64,000 nt of DNA, from the NCBI GenBank assembly GCA_003971905.1, contig RSEE01000042.1, forward strand, positions 124,001-188,000, written 5' to 3'. The notes beneath the pieces are model-generated. The model was not told the DNA's origin, did not search any database, and saw nothing but the letters and a program-made list of their open reading frames with translations. The stretch is from Moniliella sp. 'wahieum' (lineage: Eukaryota). A program made the translations under genes and the position numbers. Position 1 is the stretch's first letter. Each line of letters begins with the position of its first letter. Below, piece by piece: positions 1 through 11,715 of the stretch.

Positions 1-537
1 ACACTCAACACAATTGCGTCTTTGTTTCCTTTCAATTAGGGATTCAAGTCCTGCCTCCACGTCCTGCCTTGCCCCGCCCCAAAGGCAAGAGCTTCAACTG
101 GGCTTTGCCTACCTTCCCACCCTGGGGGAAGACTGCCAAGTAGGTTCCATATCATCACATCTGCTTTGCTTTGCTCGCCACTACTTACACCTCGATGCCC
201 AGCTGCGGTTCCCATACGTCCATGGGGGTCGGCCCAAAAGGCCAGGATGCGATTGAATGTGCATGTGGATGTGCATATGTGCCAAAGCACAACAACCATC
301 TCTAGGGCTAGGCCACGAGCCGATACGCAGCAGTGGATCGACCGTCGCATCGGCCCGGGAGCAAGCGGGACAAAAGCGTAAGCAGCGAAAAAAGGATTCG
401 GCGCTGGTTCTGTCTTTTGGTTTTGTGATAAGAGGAGGGGGAGAGGGGGGCTAGGGTACGAGGGACCCAAAAGACCCCGCGGGCACATTCACACCTCCCG
501 CCCCAGTAAGCCAAGCGGATCCGTACCGGTCCACCAC

Positions 538-975
538 TTAGTTCGACACGGAGCTGAGCAAGTCCGAGTCGCCGGCGTCGGTAACGGCGAGCACACTGTA
601 ATTCACATCGTGTCAGTCCACTGGGGCCGCCAAGCCTCAAAACAAAACCAAGGAAGGAAAGGAAAGGAAACAGAACGATTCCGGGACCCAACGTACCCAA
701 CGCGGAAGAGTTTACCGGCAGCGGTGCCAAGAGCGACGTTGGAGCCCTGGTAGTGGTGGACCAAGGTCTTGGACAGCATGGCGTAGTACTCCAGCTCCGA
801 CTTGCGCAGCGGCGGGGTGTTGGCCGAGATGAGGACAAGCTTGGCCTTGCCACTGCGCAAGGTCTTGAGCGTGCTGGCGTACCCCAGTTGCATTACCCGA
901 CTTCATGACAAGCTGCAGCTTGCCATTGATGTTCTCCTGCGTGGAGGTCTTCTTCTTGTTGCTCACAGGCGCCAT
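538..975 (-). CDS. RPL30: 60S ribosomal protein L30 (eL30); one coding intron at ~597-696, apparent indel near 890
   Basis: [27 protein letters not shown] / [62 protein letters not shown] / [19 protein letters not shown] donor, TACAG acceptor. Confidence 0.97.
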
Positions 976-1209
976 TCTTGCACTGCTCAACGACAACAAA
1001 ACCAAACAAAAAGGTAGTTAGTTCTTCCATCCCGGTCACCAGTCTTCGGCGATAGCAGGACTTTGGCCAACAGCCTGCGCACAGCCACCCAGATCTCCAT
1101 CCGCCACCCCCTCCTGCCCCGTATCCTGTGCCCATGCCACGGCTACGTTCCCATTGGCCCACCACAGGCCGATCACGAGGCCGTGTGAGCACATCCTGGT
1201 CCCGCGGAA

Positions 1210-1400
1210 TTGGACAGCCGGACAGCAGGACAGCAGGACAGCAGGACAGTAGGACAGCCGGACAGAAGGGCAGCCAAACAGAAGGGGCAGGGCAGCAGGA
1301 CAGTAGGACAGCCGGACGAAGGGCAGCCAAACAGAAGGGCAGCAGGGCAGCAGGGCAGCAGGACAGCAGGACAGTAGGAAGCAGGACAGCAGGACAGGAG
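1210..1400. repeat. Degenerate tandem array of (GGACAGCA)-like units inside the RPL30 5'UTR intron
   Basis: Repeated ggacagca/ggacagta/gggcagca/ggacagcc units. Confidence 0.85.
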
Positions 1401-1493
1401 GCGAGCGGCTGAGCAAACCGCCAGAGTCGGTCGATACTCACGAGTTTGTCGGTCCGGTCGGGAGCGTTGAGGAGATGGGCAGCAGAGAGGAGC

Positions 1494-1810
1494 GGTGACC
1501 CCGCTGGAAGACGGCGAGCAACCCTAAGGCTGGGTCATCCGCGGGGATTGGTGACCGGGACGGTGACTATGCTCAAGGTGCGCTGCATCGCCAGGCAAGG
1601 AAGACTGGCGCTAAGCTATCTTTGAAATAGTGTGCCGCAGCAACTGGGTCAACGCACCTAGTGCGGTTTACGCCGGAATTGCGCCAGCTTGGCTACACCG
1701 CCCCTGTGCTGTGCCGCATTGGTTTGCTGCGGATCGGGGGCCGCAAGGGCCCAGTCGGTGCGCAACGCAGGCTGGGCGAGCGGAACCAAGCGAGGCAGCA
1801 GCGGTGACTG
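1494..1810. promoter_or_regulatory. Bidirectional RPL30/RPL37 promoter with GCAACCCTAAGGC (1518-1530) and several GGTGAC motifs
   Basis: Lies between divergent RP genes; the same 13-mer and a GGTGAC recur upstream of RPS29. Confidence 0.55.
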
Positions 1811-2199
1811 CTGCTACCACACCACCTCGCACCCTTTTCCCCGGCGCGCTTACCCGGTACGTTGATCCCCCTTTGCCTGCTTAGGCTTTGTACGCCTTGG
1901 TGCCTTGCTGCTGCGGCGCTGTGGTGCTGTGATGCTGTTGGGGGCGACGCCGATGCGCTTGGATGTGCTCATCGCCTATCGCATTGTGCGCGCCGCGCAC
2001 GCAGTGCTACACTTGGACGAACGACGATGCGACGATATGCCGGCGCGTTGGTTGTCCCATGGCTCGTCCCGCACTGGCATTGGCTCGTTCCCCATTGGCA
2101 TTGGCATTGGCATTGGCATTATTGGCTCCTGTGGGAAGTGCGTCTAACCCCGTCCCTGCGTTTGTTCTGTTTTGTTTTGTGGGTGCGTGTGTGGCAGAG

Positions 2200-2461
2200 A
2201 TGACCCGCGGCACCACTCGTTTGGTTTGCGCCACATTAAGGCGCACACGCTGTGCCGTCGTTGCGGCAAGCGTTCGTTCCACAAGCAGCACAAGGAGTGT
2301 GCGTCGTGCGGCTACCCGTCGGCCAAGACGCGTTCGTACCAGTGGGGTCAGAAGGCCATTCGTCGCACACGGGCACGGGCCGGATGCGCTACCTCAAGAC
2401 GGTGCCGCGCAAGGCTAAGAACGGCTTCCGCTCCGGCGCGCCTAAGGCTGCTTCGGCCTAA
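2200..2461 (+). CDS. RPL37: 60S ribosomal protein L37 (eL37); apparent indels near 2218 and 2370
   Basis: [78 protein letters not shown]2-C2 zinc finger. Confidence 0.97.
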
Positions 2462-3066
2462 TGCCTCCTGTCCGGTTGAAGCTTCAGCTGGAAGTGTGAA
2501 GCGTGGAGCTTGATGCGTGAAGCTTGAAGCTTGAAACTTGAATGGGCGGGAAGGCGGAACTGGAAAAAAAAGGGTGGGCAAGCTTCTATAGACGTGCCTG
2601 CCCCCTCTTTTTTCAATCCCCTCCCCAAAAAAAGGCACGGCGGACGCGCTGTGAACTGCATGCTTTATGGTCTGCATTGGCTCGGGCGGCTGGTGAGGAT
2701 GGGGACATAGAGACGTATTGAACCGCTGAACAGAGGCAGGAGGGAGAGGCGGGCCGCTACAGGCCACTACAGGCCACTACAGGATAGATACTACAGGGAC
2801 CTGAATGGGTGGGAGGCCCGAACTCCAAGCCCGTATGGTATGCACCGTGGCACAACTCTTTCGAAACGCGTCCAGAAGTTGACCCCCATCTCCCGCTCTC
2901 TGACCCCTTTAAGCTTAAGCACATTTTTAGTTCGTCATTAATCATTTCTGATCAGCCAAAGCGTACTATATACGTTACGCCAGCACTCGTCTCACTCTCA
3001 CTCTCAATCTCAATCTCAATCTCCATCTCAATCTCCATCTCAGTCTAACGTTGACATTGTGGATCC

Positions 3067-6000
3067 TTATTCCAGAGTAGTGAGAGGTGCATTTGCAGGA
3101 GCGTGAGGCAGGGAGCGGGAGCCAAGGGGTGGGTAACAAGGCCTCTGCGAGGTATAGCCGCACCTTGCGATCGATCCATGAGGTCCTGATCCATCAGGAG
3201 GGGGGGGGGGGGGGGGACATAAGCGCAAAGGTGAAGGTGTAAAGGTGTCAAGGTGCAAAGGGACAGGACAGGGGGTATGTATTCTACGGTTCGTCCACTG
3301 AGGAAGAAGCCGCCGGTAGTGGCCCCGGTACCGGCATAGGCATCGGCATAGGCATAGGCAAGGGCGCCGGTATGGGCATGGCGGGTCGTGACAAGGTAGG
3401 ATGAGCGGAAGAATTGGCGAGCTGAGCGACGCGACGCAAAGCTCGTAGCCAGCCCGGTTCGGCCGAGAGAGCTGGGTTAGTGGACGCAGGTGGTGGGGGG
3501 CCATTCGTAGGCCGGTCCAGGCTGCCCGAGAGAGAGGCGAGGGTCGAGACGGATCCGCGTGACGGAAGGCCACGACTTTGGTCCGAGTCGGTGGAGGCTA
3601 ACGACGCGGCGCGGGAGCGTAAGGGCGCGGTGCCGGTGGAGGTAAACGCGGGGGTAGAAGTGGAGGTAGAAGTGGAAGTAGGGGTAGAGGTAGAGGCCAA
3701 GGCGGAAGCTACGACGCCGACTCCAGGATTGGGTGGCCGAGCGGAAGAAGGGCTGGAGAGGAGGGACGGAGGGCCGGGGCCTGGCCAGCCTGTACCGTGA
3801 GCAAAGCTGAAAGCGCCGTACGGCTTGGCCGGGCCCGAGGGAGCCAGGGAGAACGGGCACTAGGCGCAAGGCTGGCAGCGTACTTGTAGGTATACACATA
3901 CAGAGGACTCGATCCGGGTGCCTTGCGCAGGGTGAAGCCCGGTGGTGGTGGGGCTGGAGGGGTGGGCATGGGCGGTACCGATTCGGCTGATAGTTTGCGG
4001 TGCGAGCGGAGATGGGTGCGGGAACGAGAGCGGGTGTGCTGGCGGAGACGAGAATGGGACTTGCGCCAGTTGGAATTGGAGTTGGAGTTGGAGTCGGGGG
4101 TGAGTGGAGCGTGGGACCGATCTGTCGAGACCGTGTCGACACTGGGAGGGCGGAGGTGGTCGGAACCGCCCTAGCCCTTGATCCCCCTTCCAAGCCAATA
4201 TCTCCGTTGGCCTTGGTCTTCCCCTTGGTCGAGCCCTTATCCTTGGCTGCCGTTGTCGGTGGGACAGACGAAGAGGCCGCCACGTTCATAGGCGAGGCCC
4301 GCCACTGAGCAAACGGATTCTGGGCCAGGGCCGAACGGGCTCGCATTCCCGAAGAAGAGGCCAGCAGCCCATGCCAGTCAACCGACGTAGGTCGCAAACG
4401 CGCCACAGGCGCTGGCCCCTTGGTCGCCAACGCAGGGGCCTCGGCGGGAGGAGAAAGAGGAGAGGCGGGAGAGGATCTTTCGTCCACCGGGGCGGGCACG
4501 TCGGCATCTGCCGACGTCGGCCCATCCACCGCTGGCATAAGGGGCAAGGGCGGCTCCATGGGCACATTCGGCTTGGGGGGGTCCGCATCGGGGCCGATGG
4601 AGCGGCGGGACCGAGTACAGTGCCCGTTGTGGTGGATTCCACTTCAGTCGTGCTGGGGAATAGGAGCGTCGAGGCCGTCTCTGACACGGCGCGCTCGGTC
4701 CGCCGAGGCGACTGCTTTTTGGGCGACGCGCCCGAGGCTGAGCAAAGGAAGGGTAGTCTTGTGGCACCTTGGCGGGGGAAGACTGGTGAGGCGGAGCGGC
4801 AAGGACATGAGCGACCCGTCCAAAGCCACGCAAATTCATAGTCTCCTTGCGGGTGGTAGGGTCCTGCCGCTGCTCTTGCAGACGCTCTTCCTCTGCCCGT
4901 TCGTCCTCCGAGTCGTCCAAACCAGACGAAGAGTGAGACGAGGTCTCTGTATCGTCAAACGGATTGTGCTCCAGCTGGAAGGGCAAACTGGTCGAGGGCT
5001 GAACCATGCCCACTTCATCTTCCTCCGAAAACCAGGAGCTGCCAGACCCATCCGACAAGTCTGCCTCCTCGTCGGACAAATCCACCTGGTCGAAAAAGGC
5101 ATCGTCATCGGTATCCCACTGATTAATGTCAGCAAGGCGGGCAAGCAAGTCGGCCGACGAGTGGGACGTTCCCGATCCGGGGGTGTGCACCGAAGGAGGT
5201 CCAGGCCGACGCCAGACCCGGGAGCATAGACGTGGGTGGACGGGAGCGCCACCGGTCTCTCCAACGGGGTCCGGACAGAGTTGGCTCGCGACCTTGCTTC
5301 CTGGGGAGATGCCGAGGGAGACCACACCCACCGCCCTGACTTGGGAGCGAGAGGAGACATTGCGGAGCCCGCCGAGCCCGAGCGGCTGAGGCGGGTAGAT
5401 CGAGTCCTACGTTTGGTCGGGGAATACGGGGAGGGAATCGGGATTGGCACCGCGCCTGGTCCGTCCTCTTTGGCCGGGGGTAAGGCCAAGGGCGGGATCG
5501 GGTGCGCATCCAGACTCGGCCCAAAGTCCCCTGGCATCTCGGGACTCTCCGCAAACAAGTCCAATCCCGACTCGGGCGGGCGCCGCTGGGGGGGAAGAAT
5601 GCGAGCGGGCACACGCTTCGAGGGCGATCGGGTCTTGCGCGGAGAGCGAGGCCGGAGGGGGAGGACGAGAGGCGTTTGGGCGGAGGGGATATAGCAGGAG
5701 GAAGCGCAAGGGCCGTCGGAATAGGGGAGCAGCACTTGGACAAGCGTCGTGCTGCAGCCTTGGTTGGACAGATAGGGCGGAGTTGGATGCGCACTTGACG
5801 TCGAACGCACTGAAAGCACGGGCTATGCCCGTAGGTGCGACCTTTGCGCCTACTGGGAATGCGGGCAGAGCGGTCCAATACCGCACCGGCCACAGCCCGA
5901 GCAGTCGTCTGTGCTTCGGTCGCATGGCCAGCCTGCGGGCAAGACGCTGCAGAGCGGTCAAAATCAGTCGGGAACGAGCGAGCCAGCGTTGCTGTTGGGC

Positions 6001-7611
6001 GCCTACCAACACGTGGCGTACCGCCCGGTCAACATGGTCCAGGACAGGTTCCTCCAGGTCCTCCACCACATCGTCTGGCCATTCTTCGTCCTCCTCCACG
6101 ACTTCTGATACCATCGACAGAGAGACATCCTCCTGTAGTTCGGGCGAGGCCCGAGGGTCCAACGGCGCTGCTCCCAATGGCTCCCCCAAAGCTGCAGCCA
6201 GCTCGGAGCCAAGATCGTGGCCATGAACCATCGTTTCTACGCCTACGGGCGAATCATCGTCAGAAGCCGTAGGCGAGTCGAGTTCAGGTTCTGGTGGAGC
6301 AGGCGGCTCCGTTTCCTGGTTAGGCTGTACCAAAGGCGGGGGAGTGGCTGCAAGGAGGGCCGTCCTCAGGGCACACTGGAGCAGTTTATGGGTTTTGCGC
6401 ATGGCCTCAGCACGAGTAACGGGTCGGCGTTGTCGCTGTGGGGGTGAGGACCGATGCGAGGGGAGAGCAAGGTGTGATCGCGATCCAAAGTGGGGGCTGT
6501 CCGGCACGGCGCCCGGTGGGGCTGGGCCCAGGCGGCGGACAGGAGTAGCCAAGATGGCCGGAGTGGTATCGACTTCGAACACAGGTCGAACGGCAGGGGA
6601 AGTACGGGTGATGGCGACCGGTCCCGACAGATCAAATGTGGGCGAGGGATGGGTGGGGCTGGAGGAAGAAGAGGTGGCAGCGGTAGAGGCAGTAGCGGTG
6701 ACGCGTGCATGGTCCTGGGTCAGCTGGCGAAGCTTGGTACGCAGCTGAACCTGGGTTGCCAGAGCACGTTCCTCGGCCTGCGTGGCCATGGCTTGCTGGG
6801 CCTCGAGCTCGCTCTGGAGATGGGCCAGCTGGGCGTCCGCCTGCCGGCGCTGCCGCTCGGAGAGAGCGAGGCGGGTGGAGAGGCGTTCGGCACGCTCGTG
6901 GGCACTGGTGGCCGCCGCCTGGGTTGCGTCAGCACGAGCCAGAGCGTCTGCGACGGCGCGCTCAGACTGGCGGGCGGCGTGTTCGGCAGCACTAGCCGAG
7001 TGAGAGGCAGCAAGGCGAGCATTCTCTGCGTCGGTATGGTAAGCGGCAAAGCTGGCCTCGAGTTCAGCTAGAGCGGCAGCCAGCGCATCTGCGCGCGACA
7101 GAGCAGCATCGCGGGAGCTGTGCAGGAGATCGATCATGGTCTTGCTTCTGCCGAGAGCGGTAAGAAGATCATCGCGAGGAACGCCGTCCAGCGCCTGGCG
7201 CAGATCCTCAATGGGGATGTCGTCATCGGGCGGCAGTTCGATGGGCGCAGGCGGCACGGGCGGCAGCGAGGGCGGACCCGGGCGCGGCGGCGGCGCAGCG
7301 GTAGGCGCAAGCTGGAGGTCGGGGACCCATGCGGGGGGGAGGGTGCGGCGGGCGGCATGGTGGGGGCGTGGACGGCGCTTGGGGAGGGAGCGGAGGGAGC
7401 GGGTGCCGCTGGCGGCGAGGGACGGGATGGGGGAGTGGGTGGAGGAGGCGGGGCTGCTGGTGCCGGGGGTGGGGGGGGGGCGCATACACGGTGCGCATGG
7501 CTGCGGCGGGTGGTGGGGGAGGGGGTGGTGGTGACGATGGTGGCGGGGGGATGGCGGTGGCGAGGGCGAGGGCGAGGGGGGCAGCGGGGGGGCGGGGCGG
7601 AGGGCAGCCAT
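3067..7611 (-). CDS. Large hypothetical Pro/Ser-rich protein with a coiled-coil segment (broken across frames; 3' end uncertain)
   Basis: 734-aa ORF with an Ala/Glu/Arg-rich heptad region (LAELEASFAAY...QLRTKLRQL) and acidic tracts, continued by ORFs 4378-5331, 3477-4565 and 3284-3700. Confidence 0.55.
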
Positions 7612-8112
7612 GGGGCTCAGCGGACGGGCGCATGGGCGGGTGTGAATGGGAGGGGCGTGGAGTGTTGAGTTGGTTGGCGGGGCGGGTGCCGGTGACAGTC
7701 ATCCATCAGCATCATCCATGCCTGCCAGCGCGCGCCCATCATGCATCGCTAGATCACTAGTCACGCCTGCGCACCGCGCCACTCTGGCCCCTGCAACTTT
7801 CAGTCGCCGTGGCTTGGCGAGGCCTGGTCTTACCTCAGCACGTGCCCCTGGGTCACCTGACTGGTCCGCAGCCACTCGCCACTAGTCAGCGCTCAGCCTC
7901 TCAGCCGTGTCCCCACGCCAACTCGCGTCTGGCACGCCCACCGTATTCAATCTCAATCTCAATCCGCCTGTAGCACACCCTATTGGTACAGCCCAACTAA
8001 GGACACTACCCTAGTAGATGCATCTGGTCACGCACTCTCCGCATTGCCCACCATGCATCATTACGCACACGTCAGAGCCAGAGTCATCAGTCAAGCACCC
8101 CCCTGGGAGTGC

Positions 8113-10819
8113 TTACACGGCCGACATGGCCGGCGCGGCAGTCAAGTCTGCAATGTCAAAGTCTTCAATCTTGCGTTGGCGCGTGCGCTCCGCCAAGTCC
8201 GGCCGGCCCAGGAGCTCGAGGACGACGCGGAAGGTTTCCCACAGCTGCGCGAGCCAGCCCTCGTCGTCGGCTGCGCCGGCTGGGGAGGAGGATTGGGAGT
8301 GTTGGATGCCAAGGGCGGTGTAGAGGTGTTCGCGGCATCCTGGTAGAGCTTGAGGTTGAGACACGAGATGGCCAAGTTAAAATGGCAGCGGGCAAAGTTA
8401 GGTTGGAGGTCCAACGCGGCATGGTAGTAGCCCAGCGCACGTTCATGTTGTCCTCCATTGGACAAGGTGGCACCCAGACGGTTGTGCAGCAGCCAATCGC
8501 CCGGCCGCACCGCCAGCGCCGAGCCAAAACAGTCTGCCGCCTTTTCGTACTCGGCCGTGGTGTTGAACAAAACCCCAAGGCCATCTGAATATCTGCGTCC
8601 ACGCCACCGGCCTCGACGCCCTGCGCCTCGCCCCGCGCCCCAGCACGTACCAGCGCCAGCAGCGTCTCGATCAAGGCCGGATGCAACGAGTCGGCCGGGA
8701 CCGAGTCGGGAAGGTGAGCTGCCACGGCGCCTGCGTACGTGGGCGAGTGACGAAGCCACAACGCCAACGCTGTCCGGGCCTGGAACCGGTCGCCCTCATT
8801 GGTGTAGCTGACAGCGAGAGCAAGCCATGCGGCACGTAGTTGGGATCCAACTCGAGTGCCTTACGTAGCGCAGCAATCGCTTGTCCCTCCCTCGTTTTCT
8901 TGTTGTTTGACACCGAGCTCGAGCCAGGCGTCGGCCGAGTTCGGGTAAGCTTGCGCCCGGGCCTCGGAAACCAACAGACTTTCAACGCGCTGGGCCAACA
9001 GGCCATGCTCCTCTGTCATCCAGTCCATCGTATCCAAATGGTGCGCGCCATGGGTACGTGTCGTGTTGATTGCGTACGGATTGGAGCAAACTTGTAGGCG
9101 GGAGCAGGGCGAAGGTTGCTCTTAAGCGTCTCGGTGGATGCGGCGGTAGCAGTCTCTTGACGTTCTTGGTCCCATTCCTCCCACTGGTCTTGCATCGCGT
9201 TCCATTCGCTTTCCTGGGACCCCATCGGCCCCGGCCAGCTTGAGAAGAGGAGAAGCCACGACCGACAAAGTCGCCCGCATCTTCCTCTTGCTCTTGCGCC
9301 TGCTGATTCGCGTGCTGCGCGGCCGGATGGAGGGGAGGGAAACTTGTTATAGCCTCGCGTCCAGCAGGAGGCACGTAGCCTTCAGACCAGGCACTGGACG
9401 CGCCAGGGATTTGGGTGCCCAACGACTGATACTTGGCCCATTCGTCCGCTTCAGCTTGTTCATGAGAGATGCCTGACGCGTCGGCTGCGTGGGACCTGGC
9501 CTTGTCCAACAGGGCGGATTGTTGAGCAAACGCAGCGTCATCTTCGCGCATCCGCGCAGCAATGTCCCCGCCATCTCCAACAAACATGCCCTTGGCAGCA
9601 GCGGAAGCTTGTCGCTCCAAGCTTCTTTCTCAGCACCGCGAGCGTCCTCGGCGGCAAATAAATCGCCCAGCTCGTCCCGGGCGGCGTCTTGCCGAGCCAG
9701 GAGGTTGGTCAAGTTGGCTCCGGGCCCGAGATGGGCCGTTGACCTTGCGGGTTAACAACGATTCGGTGGTGAGGTACTTTTCGGCATCCAGGGTGTGCTT
9801 GGACGTGGACGCCTGAACGGATGAGGCGTCGACAATTTCATCCCCTTGGATCGTCGCCTGTCGATCGGCCAACTTGCGCATCAATCCCAAAAAGCCCGAT
9901 TGGCGGAACTTGTCCGAGCCGTCGTGGGAGACAGTGTGAACCAAGTGCTCCGCCGCGCGTGCCAGCGCATCCTGGTCCGCCACACCGCCGTCCGCACGGG
10001 CGGCCTCAGCTGCCTCGGGCTCGGCTTGCCTGAGGTGGGCATTGATGCGTGCTGGAGCAAAAACAGGGTCCTGCTCCACCGCCTGCACCGCATCCTTGGT
10101 CAAGAGGTGGCCTAGATGCTGGGCTGCCACTTCGGCATTGGACTGGCTCTTGTCCGACTGGGCTGCCTTGTCCACCACCTGGAACGCTTCGGCCCATGCA
10201 GCAGCGGATGGGGCAGCATTCTGTTGTTGTTGTTGTTGTTGTTGATGCTGTCTGCTGCTGGGAAGGAGTGTGCATGGCATGCTGCATCCGCCCCCCGCAT
10301 ACTGGACCGCAGAAGCGGGGCTCGTTGGGTCATGGGCATCATGCCCATTGGGCGGTGGGCCATGTGGGTGGTGGGCATGGGAGAATGAGAAATGTGGGCC
10401 GACGCAGTCACGGGGGCAGGGGAGGAGGAAAGACTGGGCTGGGAGAGAAAGTCGCGTGCGGCGGGCTGGGGCTGGGCCTGAGGCTGGGCCTGGGCCTGGG
10501 CTGGGCCGCGGGCTGAGAACAAGGCGGGGTTGAGCGGGGCCAGATCGGGGTGGGCGCCGGCGGGGAGGGTGTCTGCCAGGGGCGCAAGGTCAAAGGCATG
10601 GATGGCGCCGGGGTGTGGGGGCGCAAAGGAGGCAGCGGCCGGTGGGGTTCCAGCAGGAGCAGCGGGAGTGCGGAGGGTGGAGAGCGCATGGATGCGTGGG
10701 ATGGGCCGGCGCCGGGGACAAAGCGGTCGCCCTGGTGGGAGCGGTCGGCGCCAAGGCCCTTGCCGAGGGTGGAGAGTGCGTTGGACGGCCCGCAGGACGC
10801 ATCGCACGAGGAAGGACAT
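8113..10819 (-). CDS. PEX5: Peroxisomal targeting signal receptor PEX5 (TPR protein), frameshifted in assembly
   Basis: N-terminal ..[14 protein letters not shown] (conserved Cys), WxxxF/Y motifs (WAEAF, WSEGY), C-terminal TPRs ([42 protein letters not shown]...[23 protein letters not shown]). Confidence 0.93.
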
Positions 10820-11715
10820 GGTGGGCGCGGGCGGGAGACGGTGGGGCGGAGAGAAGAGGCGGGAGGGCCCGTGGGGGGAGCGCTCCAAGGGAACTGAATG
10901 GCGCGGCGGCTGACGCTCCGCACGCCCGTTTCAGCCAAACTTTCACGCCGCCCGTCGCACCCGGCGCGCCTGTCTCCCCGCATCCCGCCCGGCCTGCCTG
11001 GCCTGCTTTGCCACCTGGGCGTTGCCACCTTCCGGGCCATCCAGCACCGCTCCCGGTTCGCCGCCATCCGCATCACCCCAGCCACCACCCATCCCTGGCA
11101 CCTCGCACCTCGCACCCCCCACCGCACCCCAAGCACACACAGCACCACGCTCGCCTGACTTGCCGTCCAGTCCTGTCCATGGCCAGCTGGCCAGCTGGCC
11201 CGCTGGTACTGATCCAGCGCCCGGTGCCTCTCCCGGCCTTCAAACTTTCGCCAGCCACGGTGCGGTGACATGTAGTGCGAGCAGGGCCGGATAGGATGTG
11301 CTGACCTTTGGACCGCCTGCAGCCGACCCACAGTCACTAGTCAGCCACGCCGGCGGCGGCGGCGGGTGCTGTCGGCTCACCTTGAGGCCTGAGGCAAGAA
11401 ACCAGAAACGGCACCCTGGCTCAGCAATGTCCCTGGCCTACAAACGAGATCCTAAGGTCTAAGGTTCTAAGGTTAGGCCTAAGGCGCCATGCCGTCGAAC
11501 TGATCTCTCCCTGTTCAACATGACCTAGTTGCTTTGTAGGACCTGTCGTCGCGGCTGTGGGATCCGATAGGAATCCTGTGCGGAAAGATGGTATTGGCAT
11601 CAAGCAGTGGGCGGCGCGGCACCATGTATCCAACCCGTACTCGTGGCGCATGGGACGGGGAGAACGGTGGCGGCTGGTAGCATGTACACGTCATGCACAC
11701 GTACATGCTTCACAT

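Noticed and set aside
14..256. Possible final exon(s) of a gene entering from the left edge
   Set aside because: An acceptor-like TTAG is present at ~39, but the peptide is not recognisable and there is not enough sequence to call it.
1210..1400. Repeat array as a CRISPR, or as a Cys-rich protein (ORFs 893-1441, 1036-1416)
   Set aside because: No repeat-spacer structure in a eukaryotic context; the ORFs are translations of an intronic minisatellite.
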